From NCBI GenBank assembly GCA_039810085.1, contig JBDHWG010000009.1:12609-76608 (forward strand): a stretch of 64,000 bases of DNA, given 5' to 3'. Below, piece by piece: positions 8,712 through 18,001 of the stretch (the first letter of the stretch is position 1; each line of letters starts with the position of its first letter). The stretch is from Anaerolineae bacterium (lineage in GTDB: Bacteria > Chloroflexota > Anaerolineae > Epilineales > JAHCIE01). A program made the translations under genes and the position numbers. The notes below the pieces were generated by a model, which saw only the letters and a program-made list of their open reading frames with translations, made no database searches and was not told where the DNA came from.

Positions 8712-9977
8712 ATGGCCGCTCGCCTCTGGAAAGACGATAAACGAGCTGCGGTCCAGAAGGATATTTCCTTCCTACTCTCTGCCTACAATGGAACAGGTTG
8801 GAATGTCACCGTCGAGAACCGACTGGCAATGACTGAGTTAGGATGCTCCATTGACGGCACAAAACTCGAAAGAAATGTGGTGATGCAAGTCCTCCAGCAG
8901 ATGATAGCTGAACAAAAAACGAGTATTGACGACTTTGAGATTGTTCTAGAACAAGTAGTTCACGAACATGAACATCGCCGGCGAGCACAGGTCGGTAAGT
9001 GGACGTTCTTCATCCCTATTGAACTTGATGTAGCAGCAGACATTCCCCTTCCCACTACTCTACGTGTTTTTGGCAGGGATTTTGTGTTCCAGACACAAGC
9101 CGCGGTACGAGAACAAATGGATGCTGAAGCACTAGGGGAAATGCTACTGCGGTGGAAGTTCTATAACTCGTGGGAAGATATCCACCTGCCAGCCTGGTTC
9201 ATCTCTATTTCGACGTACGAGGCCGAATGGAATGCTGCCTGGAAGGACATCGAGCCAGCGTATGATGTATTCCGAGGTCTGATCGAGTTCACGCTCTGTT
9301 TTGGACCAACAGGATGGTCTTTCCCCCAACGAGAAGAGCCGCGTAGAAAAATACCGCATCCGTTATGGATGATTGCCAGCAAAGGTCGGCTTGCACTGGA
9401 GCCTATTCTGTTTGAGGCTGACGAATACCCTCTTAAAGAACGGTTTACTCTGACCCCAGATTGGCTGAACGCAATCTTGGAAAATGGCAAAGCTCTGCGC
9501 GAGCTTCCCGCAAAAAACTCAACCTTATCAGTTCTAGCGGACGCTCTCCGTCTATACGCGATAGCTATGGATGCACGTTCCAACTATGCCTGTTTCTTAG
9601 GATTATGGCAGATGGTAGAGGCAATCACGCGTTCAGAGACGACGAGAGGTAAGTCTGATGAGGTCGTCTCACGCCTAAGCTGGCATCGAGAGCGTATGAA
9701 ACTACCCACCTCCGGTTATGCAGCAATCCTAAAGCGACTGGCGGACAAGCGCAACAATCTTGTCCACAGAGGTATTCATGACATTACCCACGACGACGTA
9801 ATGTTCATGAAGTTCTTCGGCGACATAGTGCTTGTTTGGCTTCTGGGAGTTTACACATCCTTGCCAACCAAAACACATCTGGATGAGTTCTATAGATTGC
9901 GCTCTCAAGGAAAATACAGCGTTCGGGCAGCAAAGGAGACCGCTCAGTATCTCGAAGATTTCACCCAGGCTGAATAG
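8712..9977 (+). CDS. Hypothetical 421-aa protein with C-terminal HEPN-like Rx4HG motif (KRNNLVHRG)
   Basis: Rx4H motif embedded in predicted helical C-terminal approximately 120 aa; no other recognisable family; N-terminal 300 aa unassigned. Confidence 0.5.
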   Translation: MAARLWKDDKRAAVQKDISFLLSAYNGTGWNVTVENRLAMTELGCSIDGTKLERNVVMQVLQQMIAEQKTSIDDFEIVLEQVVHEHEHRRRAQVGKWTFFIPIELDVAADIPLPTTLRVFGRDFVFQTQAAVREQMDAEALGEMLLRWKFYNSWEDIHLPAWFISISTYEAEWNAAWKDIEPAYDVFRGLIEFTLCFGPTGWSFPQREEPRRKIPHPLWMIASKGRLALEPILFEADEYPLKERFTLTPDWLNAILENGKALRELPAKNSTLSVLADALRLYAIAMDARSNYACFLGLWQMVEAITRSETTRGKSDEVVSRLSWHRERMKLPTSGYAAILKRLADKRNNLVHRGIHDITHDDVMFMKFFGDIVLVWLLGVYTSLPTKTHLDEFYRLRSQGKYSVRAAKETAQYLEDFTQAE

Positions 9978-10032
9978 ACCCCCTCGGATGAAAGGAAACG
10001 ATTACCCTTGACCGGTTGCACAAGGTACAGCC

Positions 10033-11082
10033 TTACTGCGGCGTGAACGAGGTCCTCGCAGTATATAACGTACCGTTATATGTGACCTGCACGCCTATTG
10101 AAACTGTATAGCCAAGTGAAGCCCGCCCTATGTTGCGTGAGCAGCTTGCAAGCCCGTCGCTGCCCGTCACCCCATCGCATGATGAGGTCGTGGTCTTGTA
10201 GTTCCATACGGTGTGCATCGGCAGGCTTTCCACGCCGCGGCCGTTGTCGATCAGGCGCCCGTAGACCGTCTCTGTCGAATTCTGTGAGGGTGAAGCGTTC
10301 GAAACACTGGCACAGAGTTGGATGCTCCCTTGCTGTGTGCAAAGAAGATTCTGTCCTGGCGGTTGCGGCACCGCTGTTGGCTCCGGTGAGTTGGTTGATG
10401 TTGGTCGTGGGGTGCTGCTGGGGGTTTCGCTTGGAGATGGCGGCGGAAGGGGTGTCTCGGTTGGGGTCGGCGTGTTGGTCGGCAACATGATTGGCGAGAA
10501 TGCAGCACGTTGGATATAGGGAAGATATAACGGATAGGCGGTTGGGCTGATGGTGGCCGTTGGGGTAATCACTGGCGCGTCTGACCACTGGTAGAGAGGA
10601 TGCAACTCAGCCCATCCACCGTGCTCCAAGTCGAGCACATAGCGCCCTTGCATTACGACGTGCTGACCAATAGATGGGAACGGTCCGCTCATGGGGTGTG
10701 GGTCAGCAGCACAAACGGGGATCGCCGGCGCATAAGTTGGACTAATGACACAGACCGGCTCGACAACCAGGTCACCATGTTGGTTCGCATTGGCTGATGT
10801 AAGGTAATGCTGATAGGGAGGATCAAGCGTCACTCTGATGTGAAGGTCGCCGTCGTCCTCCTCAATAACGTTGGCAACCATCCCGCTCATTGTCAGACAT
10901 TGGTCGAGAACTTGGAGCCGGTCGGGATGATAGACGTAATTGTCCTGGTCGTTCGAGGTGCAGTCGGTTCTAGGAGCCGCCGTGAGCGGGAGTGTGGAGA
11001 GCGCAAGCCCATAGATGGCTAGACCGATTAGTCCAAGAAGGAGAAGACGAAGCATAATTTGGCGCATTGGAAGATCTCTCAT
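10033..11082 (-). CDS. Secreted/membrane-anchored protein with N-terminal signal/TM segment and Pro/Thr-rich linker
   Basis: 349 aa; N-term LRLLLLGLIGLAIYGLALSTLPLTAAP hydrophobic; TPTPTETPLPPPSPSETPSSTPRPTSTNSPEPT linker; Cys-containing flanking domains. Confidence 0.6.
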   Translation of the reverse strand: MRDLPMRQIMLRLLLLGLIGLAIYGLALSTLPLTAAPRTDCTSNDQDNYVYHPDRLQVLDQCLTMSGMVANVIEEDDGDLHIRVTLDPPYQHYLTSANANQHGDLVVEPVCVISPTYAPAIPVCAADPHPMSGPFPSIGQHVVMQGRYVLDLEHGGWAELHPLYQWSDAPVITPTATISPTAYPLYLPYIQRAAFSPIMLPTNTPTPTETPLPPPSPSETPSSTPRPTSTNSPEPTAVPQPPGQNLLCTQQGSIQLCASVSNASPSQNSTETVYGRLIDNGRGVESLPMHTVWNYKTTTSSCDGVTGSDGLASCSRNIGRASLGYTVSIGVQVTYNGTLYTARTSFTPQ

Positions 11083-11130
11083 GACTTACGTTCTGGGGAG
11101 TATAAATAAGTCTCACCCTGGAGTGAGGAA

Positions 11131-12588
11131 ATGGACGCATCCTTTCAGCAAATCAAAACCAATTTCCGTACGCTGCTCGTCGCCGCAGTAGACGAGGGTC
11201 TTGAACATGTTGCGCAGGTAATGAGTGACAGCAGATGGATCGGAACCTACTTCCAATGGCCGGTGATGTCGAAGTGGGAAAGCGGTCTTCCGAGTTTTAG
11301 ACTAAGTCAATTTGAAGGCCCGAAAGATTACAGCATGTTATTCACCGGCCCTGATCCAATAATCGATGCTGATACACTCAAATCATTCCAAGCGCTTGTG
11401 TCATACGTTAAGCAAGAGCCATTTTTGCAGGACAGGCTACTCCCAGTGACAGTGGGTCAGGACAGGCAGGGCGTTATCGAGGATGAGCGTCTTGTCCGGA
11501 TATTCGTGTACCAAATCCTCGAAGCGCTCATTGACCGATATATTCATACACACGCAAGAACCACCTTTGACATGACGGCGTTTGAGGTTGTTTACGAACC
11601 GTATGCCCGATATTTGTTCGAGGAGCAACTCTTAGCAGATATATATGTGCCAATCCTTTTTCTGAAATTTGCTGATGATACCATCACGATAGACGAAAAC
11701 ACAGCGATTGAGCGAATGAGCGATGCATTTCAGCTAGCACGCGCTCCTCTCAAAGCGTATGGGCCAGGTGTCCATGAAGCAGTTATGGGGGCAGCAACCC
11801 ACGCTCTAGTGCTTCGAAATTGGCCGGTCCGCAACGGGAACACGTGGGAGTTCTTACAGCGCCTTACAGAAGTGAGTGTATACCCGCTGGATGACATAGA
11901 CAACTTCTTCGCGGCTGTGAGAATTGTCACGGGCTTCGAAACGGGTTACGCACAACTGCTTGTGAACCCTAAGGGGTGGGCGGCTCACTATAAAGCTGAC
12001 CTCCCTCCGATTGAGGGAACGTCAAGACGAGCCTACCCTAATCGGTTCGAGAATTTCTACTGGCTAAGAAAAGAGGTGCCTGAGATAAACAAAGCAGGTG
12101 CTCAAGAAATAGGTCGTGTGTTCCTGAAGTTACTCCAAATTAAGGGAAATTCCGTGCAGATTGCCGCGAGACGGTTGAATCTTTGCTATCTCCGTGAGCA
12201 TGAAGAGGACTATATTCTTGACGCTACTATTGCGCTTGAAGCTCTTTTCTCTGACGATGAGCGAACAGAGATGACCCACAAACTAGCCTTGAGAGTTGCA
12301 GCACTAGCAACCATCTCCGACGTGTTTCGGCGCCCCCCAAAGCAAGTGTTTCGTGAGGTGAAGCAAATTTACGGGTATAGATCAGCCGTCGTCCATGGTA
12401 GCAAAAAGACTGACCGAGCACGAGACATTACGGTACATCATACGCAACGAGTACCCGCAGGTACTCTGGCCGTAGAATATCTCCGTCATGCATTGCTTAT
12501 CTTGATTGACCATCCCCAATATCGAGAGCCATCGCGCATTGATGAGGATTTGTTGCTTGGCAAAGGCGTCGATGAGCAATCTACATAA
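11131..12588 (+). CDS. Hypothetical 485-aa protein with C-terminal HEPN-like Rx4HG motif (YRSAVVHGS)
   Basis: Motif and surrounding helical pattern parallel the 8712-9977 protein; N-terminal region unassigned. Confidence 0.5.
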   Translation: MDASFQQIKTNFRTLLVAAVDEGLEHVAQVMSDSRWIGTYFQWPVMSKWESGLPSFRLSQFEGPKDYSMLFTGPDPIIDADTLKSFQALVSYVKQEPFLQDRLLPVTVGQDRQGVIEDERLVRIFVYQILEALIDRYIHTHARTTFDMTAFEVVYEPYARYLFEEQLLADIYVPILFLKFADDTITIDENTAIERMSDAFQLARAPLKAYGPGVHEAVMGAATHALVLRNWPVRNGNTWEFLQRLTEVSVYPLDDIDNFFAAVRIVTGFETGYAQLLVNPKGWAAHYKADLPPIEGTSRRAYPNRFENFYWLRKEVPEINKAGAQEIGRVFLKLLQIKGNSVQIAARRLNLCYLREHEEDYILDATIALEALFSDDERTEMTHKLALRVAALATISDVFRRPPKQVFREVKQIYGYRSAVVHGSKKTDRARDITVHHTQRVPAGTLAVEYLRHALLILIDHPQYREPSRIDEDLLLGKGVDEQST

Positions 12589-12781
12589 CGATGGTTGTTG
12601 CGTCAATCCTGATAGTCTTAATTTCGAAAAAAGGGACCAATATGAGGGTAGAGCAGAGAAGGCGACGCGCGTTGCGCAACATGGACGGCAACACCGTCGC
12701 GTTTCCACCTCTCTTTTCCATCCTCTGGTCCCTAGAATCATTCTCTGATCACCTCCTCTTGCGGTTGTGGTCGTTCATCGG

Positions 12782-13336
12782 TTATATCAGCCCCAACTCC
12801 GACAGCCACGACTTGCAGCCGTGTTCACAGATGCCGTCTGGTTCCACGGTGCAGCCATCGGTGGCCTCGCACTCGCCGTCCATCATCCACTCCATCAAAG
12901 TTTCCAAGTCTGGGACTTGCCGACGTTCATCGTTGAACGTGCTCACCCACAAGTGGGTGTTGGGATCCCAAGACATGCGGAAGCGTGGCTTCGGTGGATA
13001 TTCAAGAAAGCGCCTGAGCACGATCTCAATGTCCGCCATAAGTGGCGCCTGAACGATATGCACATACCGCCGGCTGGATTGCTCGATGTACATCTGACAA
13101 GCCACGGCTCGCGTGCCGTCCTCAGTCACCTGTAGGAGCTCGTACCCGCCAAAGGTCTCCTCAACGTCGCCAAGCCATGCGGGGTCCGCTGGCTGCGGTC
13201 TATCAACAACAAGCAACCCAACGAGCCAATCACGACGGCCGGGCTGCATCGCTAGGCCATAGCCGGAGAAGATATCCGGGACGTCGGGATGCCAAAGCCC
13301 GTAAACGGGGTCATTGGTCGAGGTCGCAAGCGTCAT
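12782..13336 (-). CDS. Hypothetical protein (184 aa, Cys-rich C-terminus)
   Basis: Last gene of a tightly coupled 4-gene minus-strand operon (ATGA overlap with upstream gene). Confidence 0.45.
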   Translation of the reverse strand: MTLATSTNDPVYGLWHPDVPDIFSGYGLAMQPGRRDWLVGLLVVDRPQPADPAWLGDVEETFGGYELLQVTEDGTRAVACQMYIEQSSRRYVHIVQAPLMADIEIVLRRFLEYPPKPRFRMSWDPNTHLWVSTFNDERRQVPDLETLMEWMMDGECEATDGCTVEPDGICEHGCKSWLSELGLI

Positions 13337-13545
13337 CGTTCCTCCTGAAGTGTGATGTTGATCGCCGCGGCGATCTCGGGTGGGAGATCATCGAGTGATT
13401 GCGTGTATTCCAGACCGATATAGTCGTCTCCCCAATTCGCTTCGTCGAGGTCGACCACGGCAAACATGACGGGGTTATCGCCGCAGAACACCGCAGCCAC
13501 GATGCCGTTCTCGACCTCAATCACGATCTGCGGCACATCATTCAT
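13333..13545 (-). CDS. Hypothetical small acidic protein (about 70 aa, start MNDVPQ)
   Basis: Start ATG overlaps stop of upstream gene (GATGAATGA); acidic composition. Confidence 0.4.
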   Translation of the reverse strand: MNDVPQIVIEVENGIVAAVFCGDNPVMFAVVDLDEANWGDDYIGLEYTQSLDDLPPEIAAAINITLQEER

Positions 13546-13768
13546 CAAGTTCCTCCTTGAGTATTGGCAGTCGAATACGGAACGTGTAGGACACAACGAG
13601 GTCGGCGTCCAGCTCCTCATCTGGTTGGACCACACCACGTTGTAGGTCGAATAGCAGGTTCTCAATCGCCTCCTCTCGGTCTTCTGCTTCGTTGTTGACC
13701 ACGACAACGGTCGCATCGGACCGCTTCAACTCATCCAGCATCTGTAGCGCCGTTATGGTTCGGATCAT
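13538..13768 (-). CDS. Hypothetical small acidic protein (about 76 aa, start MIRTITAL)
   Basis: 1-nt gap to upstream gene; internal start chosen over long ORF extension. Confidence 0.4.
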   Translation of the reverse strand: MIRTITALQMLDELKRSDATVVVVNNEAEDREEAIENLLFDLQRGVVQPDEELDADLVVSYTFRIRLPILKEELDE

Positions 13769-13769
13769 C

Positions 13770-14126
13770 TCAGTAGTCCTCCGGGAGCAAAATGGTTGTG
13801 ACTGAGCGATCCGCCTCGGTGATGACGTAGATCTTCGTCCCCGTTCTGAGGTGATAGGCACTCAAGATCCGAAAGCCCCGTTTGACGGACAATTCGTTCT
13901 CCGCCTTGTCCTCGTCATCGAGGTCTCCCCAATCACCACCAATATGGCGGCCGAGAAACTCCGCAGGGTGTTGCCCTGCCTCCTCTAGCGCCGCTAAGGC
14001 GCCAGGGGTAGCCACAATCTGGCCGAGGTCAAAGAGCTGTCTTGCCATAGATAGGTCTCCTTTGGGCAGAATGCCCGGTAGGTAATCTACTACCCCCGAA
14101 ATGGAGTAGCGCCCCGAGAACCTCAC
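13770..14126 (-). CDS. Conserved hypothetical protein (118 aa) of a type recurrently seen on plasmids/ICEs
   Basis: Motifs LGRHIGGDWGDLDDEDKAENE and KIYVITEADRSVTTILLPEDY; family not assigned with certainty. Confidence 0.45.
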   Translation of the reverse strand: MRFSGRYSISGVVDYLPGILPKGDLSMARQLFDLGQIVATPGALAALEEAGQHPAEFLGRHIGGDWGDLDDEDKAENELSVKRGFRILSAYHLRTGTKIYVITEADRSVTTILLPEDY

Positions 14127-14290
14127 GAAGAGATACCCAGAGCGCTACACCAACTGGGAAAGAAGCTATTCAGGTTCACCGCAAGGTTTCAAGGTGCAGA
14201 AATCAATGTGTGTCAGAAACGCAACAATCAGAGAGCCATCTCCCTGGTGTTACAGTCTCAAACACTCTCCAGTATATCCTGTTTCAGAAC

Positions 14291-14875
14291 TCAAAATCCC
14301 AGGCCACGCTCTTTCAGACTTGTGAAACCGCTTCGGCCAACAACAATGTGGTCGAGCAACTCCACTTCAAGGATCCGCCCGGCTTCAACTAGGGTCTTGG
14401 TCACCCGAACGTCATCTCTGCTGGGCGTCACATCGCCCGATGGGTGATTATGAACCATGATAATGGCGTGGGCGTTGTCGAGAATGGCCGGCCGAAACAC
14501 CTCAGCGGGGCGAACGGGGCTGCTATTGAGGGTGCCCTGGTACACCATCGGACAGGAGATGATCCGGTTCTTGGTGTCGAGTGTAATGACGCGGACCTGT
14601 TCTTGGTCAAGATCCTCCATCTCAACCCGAACAAATTCATAGGCATCACGGGGACTGGTGATCTGAAGTGCATCCTCCCGAGGTCGCCCGGTCTTTGCCT
14701 CATAAAGGCGTGAGGCTTCGGCGATAAACCAGCGTAGGAGGTGGACAAACTCGGCTTCATCGGGCCGCAAGAAACTCATTTGGGCTTCATGGACTCGTCG
14801 GACTCGTCGTTCTTGGGGCAGCGGCATAGTCGAGCCAGTATAGCATATGGGGTGTAGGACTGGTGTTGATATCAC
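14291..14875 (-). CDS. radC: RadC-like JAB/MPN domain protein
   Basis: 194 aa; JAMM motif HNHPSGDVTPSRDD and C-terminal LKERGLGF; start uncertain (GTG 14875 or ATG 14827). Confidence 0.8.
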   Translation of the reverse strand: MISTPVLHPICYTGSTMPLPQERRVRRVHEAQMSFLRPDEAEFVHLLRWFIAEASRLYEAKTGRPREDALQITSPRDAYEFVRVEMEDLDQEQVRVITLDTKNRIISCPMVYQGTLNSSPVRPAEVFRPAILDNAHAIIMVHNHPSGDVTPSRDDVRVTKTLVEAGRILEVELLDHIVVGRSGFTSLKERGLGF

Positions 14876-15068
14876 GAGTTAGTGCTCGGGACCTCCCCGA
14901 TGGGCGGGCCTCCACCTGACAAACGGGCAAGGCGTATCCGCGTGAGAGACGACCTTACAATCCGTTCTCGGGTGGAAGTATAGGAACTCATCTCTCATCC
15001 GGCGATTGGCGTCGTTGCTTGTGTGTTGACTACCGTCAGTCTTGGTGGAATCATACGGATGAGGTTGT

Positions 15069-15353
15069 GTGGCGAGGTCACGAGAAAAAGGGGGGGCTGT
15101 GGGGTTCGTCGCTGTGTTCGCGATCCTGCTGGTTGGTGGCTTCATTGCCAGCAGATTACACGGTCGTATCGTGGTCAGCAATCTAGCGATCTCCATCGTT
15201 TCGATTGCTCTGCTGCTGCTCGTCTACCTGATGCTCGCAAAGCTCATACTACCGGCGGTCTGGCCAAGCGCTGATGTCATCTCGACGCTGTTATTGACGA
15301 TTGTGATTGTAGGGCTCCTCTCGCGTGGTATCTTTCGGTGGCCGGGTATGTAG
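15069..15353 (+). CDS. Possible small membrane protein (94 aa, about 3 hydrophobic helices)
   Basis: Only hydrophobicity pattern; no family. Confidence 0.2.
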   Translation: MARSREKGGAVGFVAVFAILLVGGFIASRLHGRIVVSNLAISIVSIALLLLVYLMLAKLILPAVWPSADVISTLLLTIVIVGLLSRGIFRWPGM

Positions 15354-15554
15354 AGGGCGTGATTGAGGTACGTTTCTCGTGTAGCGGGTCGCCGTGTACA
15401 AGATGGTTCTGTTGCGCCAGAGCTGCCGCACTCCGCTCTCTCACTCCTCGTTAGTCGCCTATCGGCTCCCTCCTCGTCGTTCGCTCGCTCCGTTTGACCT
15501 TGGTAGGGTTGATGCAATGTATGACTAACCACGTACAGACGGGATATTGACCAT

Positions 15555-16535
15555 GTGACTTATAATGTCTGCATGACTACAGAACATGGTCGCCAAGTCT
15601 ATGACGAACAATTTAAGGACGAAACAGTACGGGCTCTCGGTGAAAGTGGAATGACACTTACTGCATTTGCTCGGGTTCGAGGGATACCACGAACAACCTT
15701 GTGGGATTGGAAACACGGAGGCATTCAGGGAGAAGAAGCTGTAGGAAGTCCAAGAAGCCTCCTATCCACTGAAGATGGGGAACGACTGCCAACTCGTCCT
15801 AAATTAGGTATATTTATTGACGACGAACCACTCAAATTTAAAAAATGGGAGAGAGTTTTTACACTGGAAGGCTTTGAAAGTCTCACTCCAGATCAAATGC
15901 TCCATGATGGCATGTCGGATACTCAAACTATTCAAGCTTTAGATCAATGGATGGATTTACTAATTCATCTTCCTGACCGAGCTCTCAAAGATGTTGAGAT
16001 TGTGGTCATCGATCAGTTCAATTTCTCTCAGTATCTACAGATGAAAGCAAAACACTTAATAAATCGACTTCGTAGCGTTAACACAATGGCATGGGTTTTG
16101 GAAACTAGTGGAGTGGTTGAGCCACATGTATATGAGGGAACAAATGCTGTTCTTGACGCGCTTGATACCACTCAGGCAATTGACCTAGTAGAAGATGCTC
16201 CATTAACTTTATCAGCTCGTATTCAAGCATTTAAAATATTTACATTGACCCCATTCCTTGAAGCACAAAAGGCCGATACAGTAAATGATGATGAAAAATA
16301 TAGTCCTTCGGAAGGATTGAACAAATTAATAAGTCACAGGAAATTCAATGAAGCACTGGCTGCTATAGGGATATCTGAGAGAGAGTTTTTTAGCATTTTA
16401 GCACTTAAGCGAGATGATGACCTGCGCCCTATTGTGCATGATTTAGGGAATCTCATGGGGCATATGATACTTGATCATGGTGATGAATATTACACAATGT
16501 CGGTAGACAAGCTGCGACGGCTTCTTCGAAGGTAA
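15555..16535 (+). CDS. Hypothetical protein with N-terminal IS3-OrfA-like HTH (HTH_Tnp_1-like) fused to an unassigned AT-rich-encoded domain
   Basis: 326 aa; YDEQFKDETVRALGESGMTLTAFARVRGIPRTTLWDWK resembles IS3/IS911 OrfA HTH; remainder of gene markedly AT-rich relative to surroundings. Confidence 0.5.
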   Translation: MTYNVCMTTEHGRQVYDEQFKDETVRALGESGMTLTAFARVRGIPRTTLWDWKHGGIQGEEAVGSPRSLLSTEDGERLPTRPKLGIFIDDEPLKFKKWERVFTLEGFESLTPDQMLHDGMSDTQTIQALDQWMDLLIHLPDRALKDVEIVVIDQFNFSQYLQMKAKHLINRLRSVNTMAWVLETSGVVEPHVYEGTNAVLDALDTTQAIDLVEDAPLTLSARIQAFKIFTLTPFLEAQKADTVNDDEKYSPSEGLNKLISHRKFNEALAAIGISEREFFSILALKRDDDLRPIVHDLGNLMGHMILDHGDEYYTMSVDKLRRLLRR

Positions 16536-16588
16536 TTCTTCTGACCAGCGCAATTCTTCTGGACGGCTCGGCAGGTCGTCATTCTGCT

Positions 16589-16987
16589 TTACCGTCGTGC
16601 CCATTGTTCCAGTGTATCTATGACACGTTTGATAGCCGAAACGCACCTTTGTGCATCGCTTACCGACACGTCACGCTCTGCGTTATGAATAATGTTGTTC
16701 CTCTTCTTGATGGCCTCAGCAACGACTTCAATATCGGTCTCATTTATACCTGCTAGTCCTTTGATCGTGCCAAGGCCAATGTTCACAAACGCGCTTAGCC
16801 CCATGTGTTCAATGAGTTTATCGAGGTGGTCCTGATTGAGCGAGGAAGCACCTGGAAGCCGGGTGATGGCCGTCGGAGCAACTTGTCGTGCAGTTGCCTC
16901 CAATGCTATGACAGCCTCTATAATCGCTATACGTCCGTTGCCTTCCTCTAGGTGGCTAATACTATTCGCTATAAGAACCTCACGCAC
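16589..16987 (-). CDS. Small HEPN-motif protein (KKRNNIIHN, Rx4H)
   Basis: 132 aa, all-helical; Rx4H motif near C-terminus as in HepT/DUF86-like HEPN toxins. Confidence 0.5.
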   Translation of the reverse strand: MREVLIANSISHLEEGNGRIAIIEAVIALEATARQVAPTAITRLPGASSLNQDHLDKLIEHMGLSAFVNIGLGTIKGLAGINETDIEVVAEAIKKRNNIIHNAERDVSVSDAQRCVSAIKRVIDTLEQWARR

Positions 16988-17101
16988 GGGAGGCTTCTTG
17001 TTACTGTCAACAAGTTGTTGAAGCTCCTGCCAGTTCGTGCTACCTAGTGGAGTCGATAACCTGGTGCCTACTTTTGCCCCTGCTCGGGAACCGATCTCGT
17101 G

Positions 17102-17644
17102 CTATTCGTGCTCGCTGTAGTAAGTCAAGCCAACATCGCCTATCCTTCTCATCGGAGGTTCAAAAACCAATGGACGCCATTTGCCATCTTCATCTAGCCA
17201 GAGTGAATGACCACAACTGTTAAATAGTTCGACGTATGGGCTTACTGGATCAACCGGGAGCGTCTCAAGCCAGTATTGTTTCAGGACGTTTCGAACGTAA
17301 CCTGCGAAGCGGTTGTAGGTTGTCGAGACAATCACCCAGACCAGCCGATAAAACTCCTTTAGCTCGTCAGTTATCTCGCCATCTCGAAGTGCTTGTATTA
17401 CTCTGGCATTTGGTGTCGGAAGATCTGTTTCGATAACGAGATCGTGCCAAAAATAGGCGGTTTGATCGGTCGGATCGTCGGTGTAGAGGATATTGCCTGA
17501 AGGCGCTCGGACAGAGAGCCAAACGGAGTATATTCCATTCTCGATGGTGAACTGCAATCGATTAGTTTCTACGAGTGGATCAGAAGGTGAGATCCACAAG
17601 GACTCCCACAGCATGAGGGATATCTTCAACTGCATGGTTGTCAC
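17102..17644 (-). CDS. Hypothetical protein (180 aa), upstream partner of small HEPN gene
   Basis: No recognisable motif (no GSx9-13DxD nucleotidyltransferase signature). Confidence 0.45.
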   Translation of the reverse strand: MTTMQLKISLMLWESLWISPSDPLVETNRLQFTIENGIYSVWLSVRAPSGNILYTDDPTDQTAYFWHDLVIETDLPTPNARVIQALRDGEITDELKEFYRLVWVIVSTTYNRFAGYVRNVLKQYWLETLPVDPVSPYVELFNSCGHSLWLDEDGKWRPLVFEPPMRRIGDVGLTYYSEHE

Positions 17645-17707
17645 CTGGCTTTAGTGAACGGAGAGCTCAAGCCGTAATTATAGCCTCGCCTCACGAATTG
17701 TCGAAGG

Positions 17708-18001
17708 TTAGGTGGTCTGATGCTGCCTCTTGAGTTCGTCTAGGCGCTCCAAAATCCACATACGAGCCAATGTGGTTGGCCCAATCCCTTTCTTTTTCGC
17801 CAGAGTGCGGAGTTCCTCCAATGTATCTGGGTCAAGCCGAACGGTCACACCGCCAGAGAGATTCTTGGCAAACCTAACATCTACGGGCTTCCATTGATGC
17901 CAGTAGTCAGTAAAGCTATGCGTATCCCAAAACGCTGCCTCTTCCTCCCTAGTTTTGAAGTCTGGGATTGGCAGTGATGTCTTCTTTGATGTATCGGTCA
18001 T
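17708..18001 (-). CDS. brnA: BrnA antitoxin (CopG/RHH-like)
   Basis: 97 aa; DPDTLEELRTLAKKKGIGPTTLARMWILERL typical of BrnA. Confidence 0.75.
   Translation of the reverse strand: MTDTSKKTSLPIPDFKTREEEAAFWDTHSFTDYWHQWKPVDVRFAKNLSGGVTVRLDPDTLEELRTLAKKKGIGPTTLARMWILERLDELKRQHQTT

Noticed and set aside
14879-15196. 105-aa ORF and neighbouring ORFs in the 14.9-15.5 kb gap
   Set aside because: No domains and overlapping alternative frames. Only the 15069-15353 hydrophobic ORF was retained, at low confidence.
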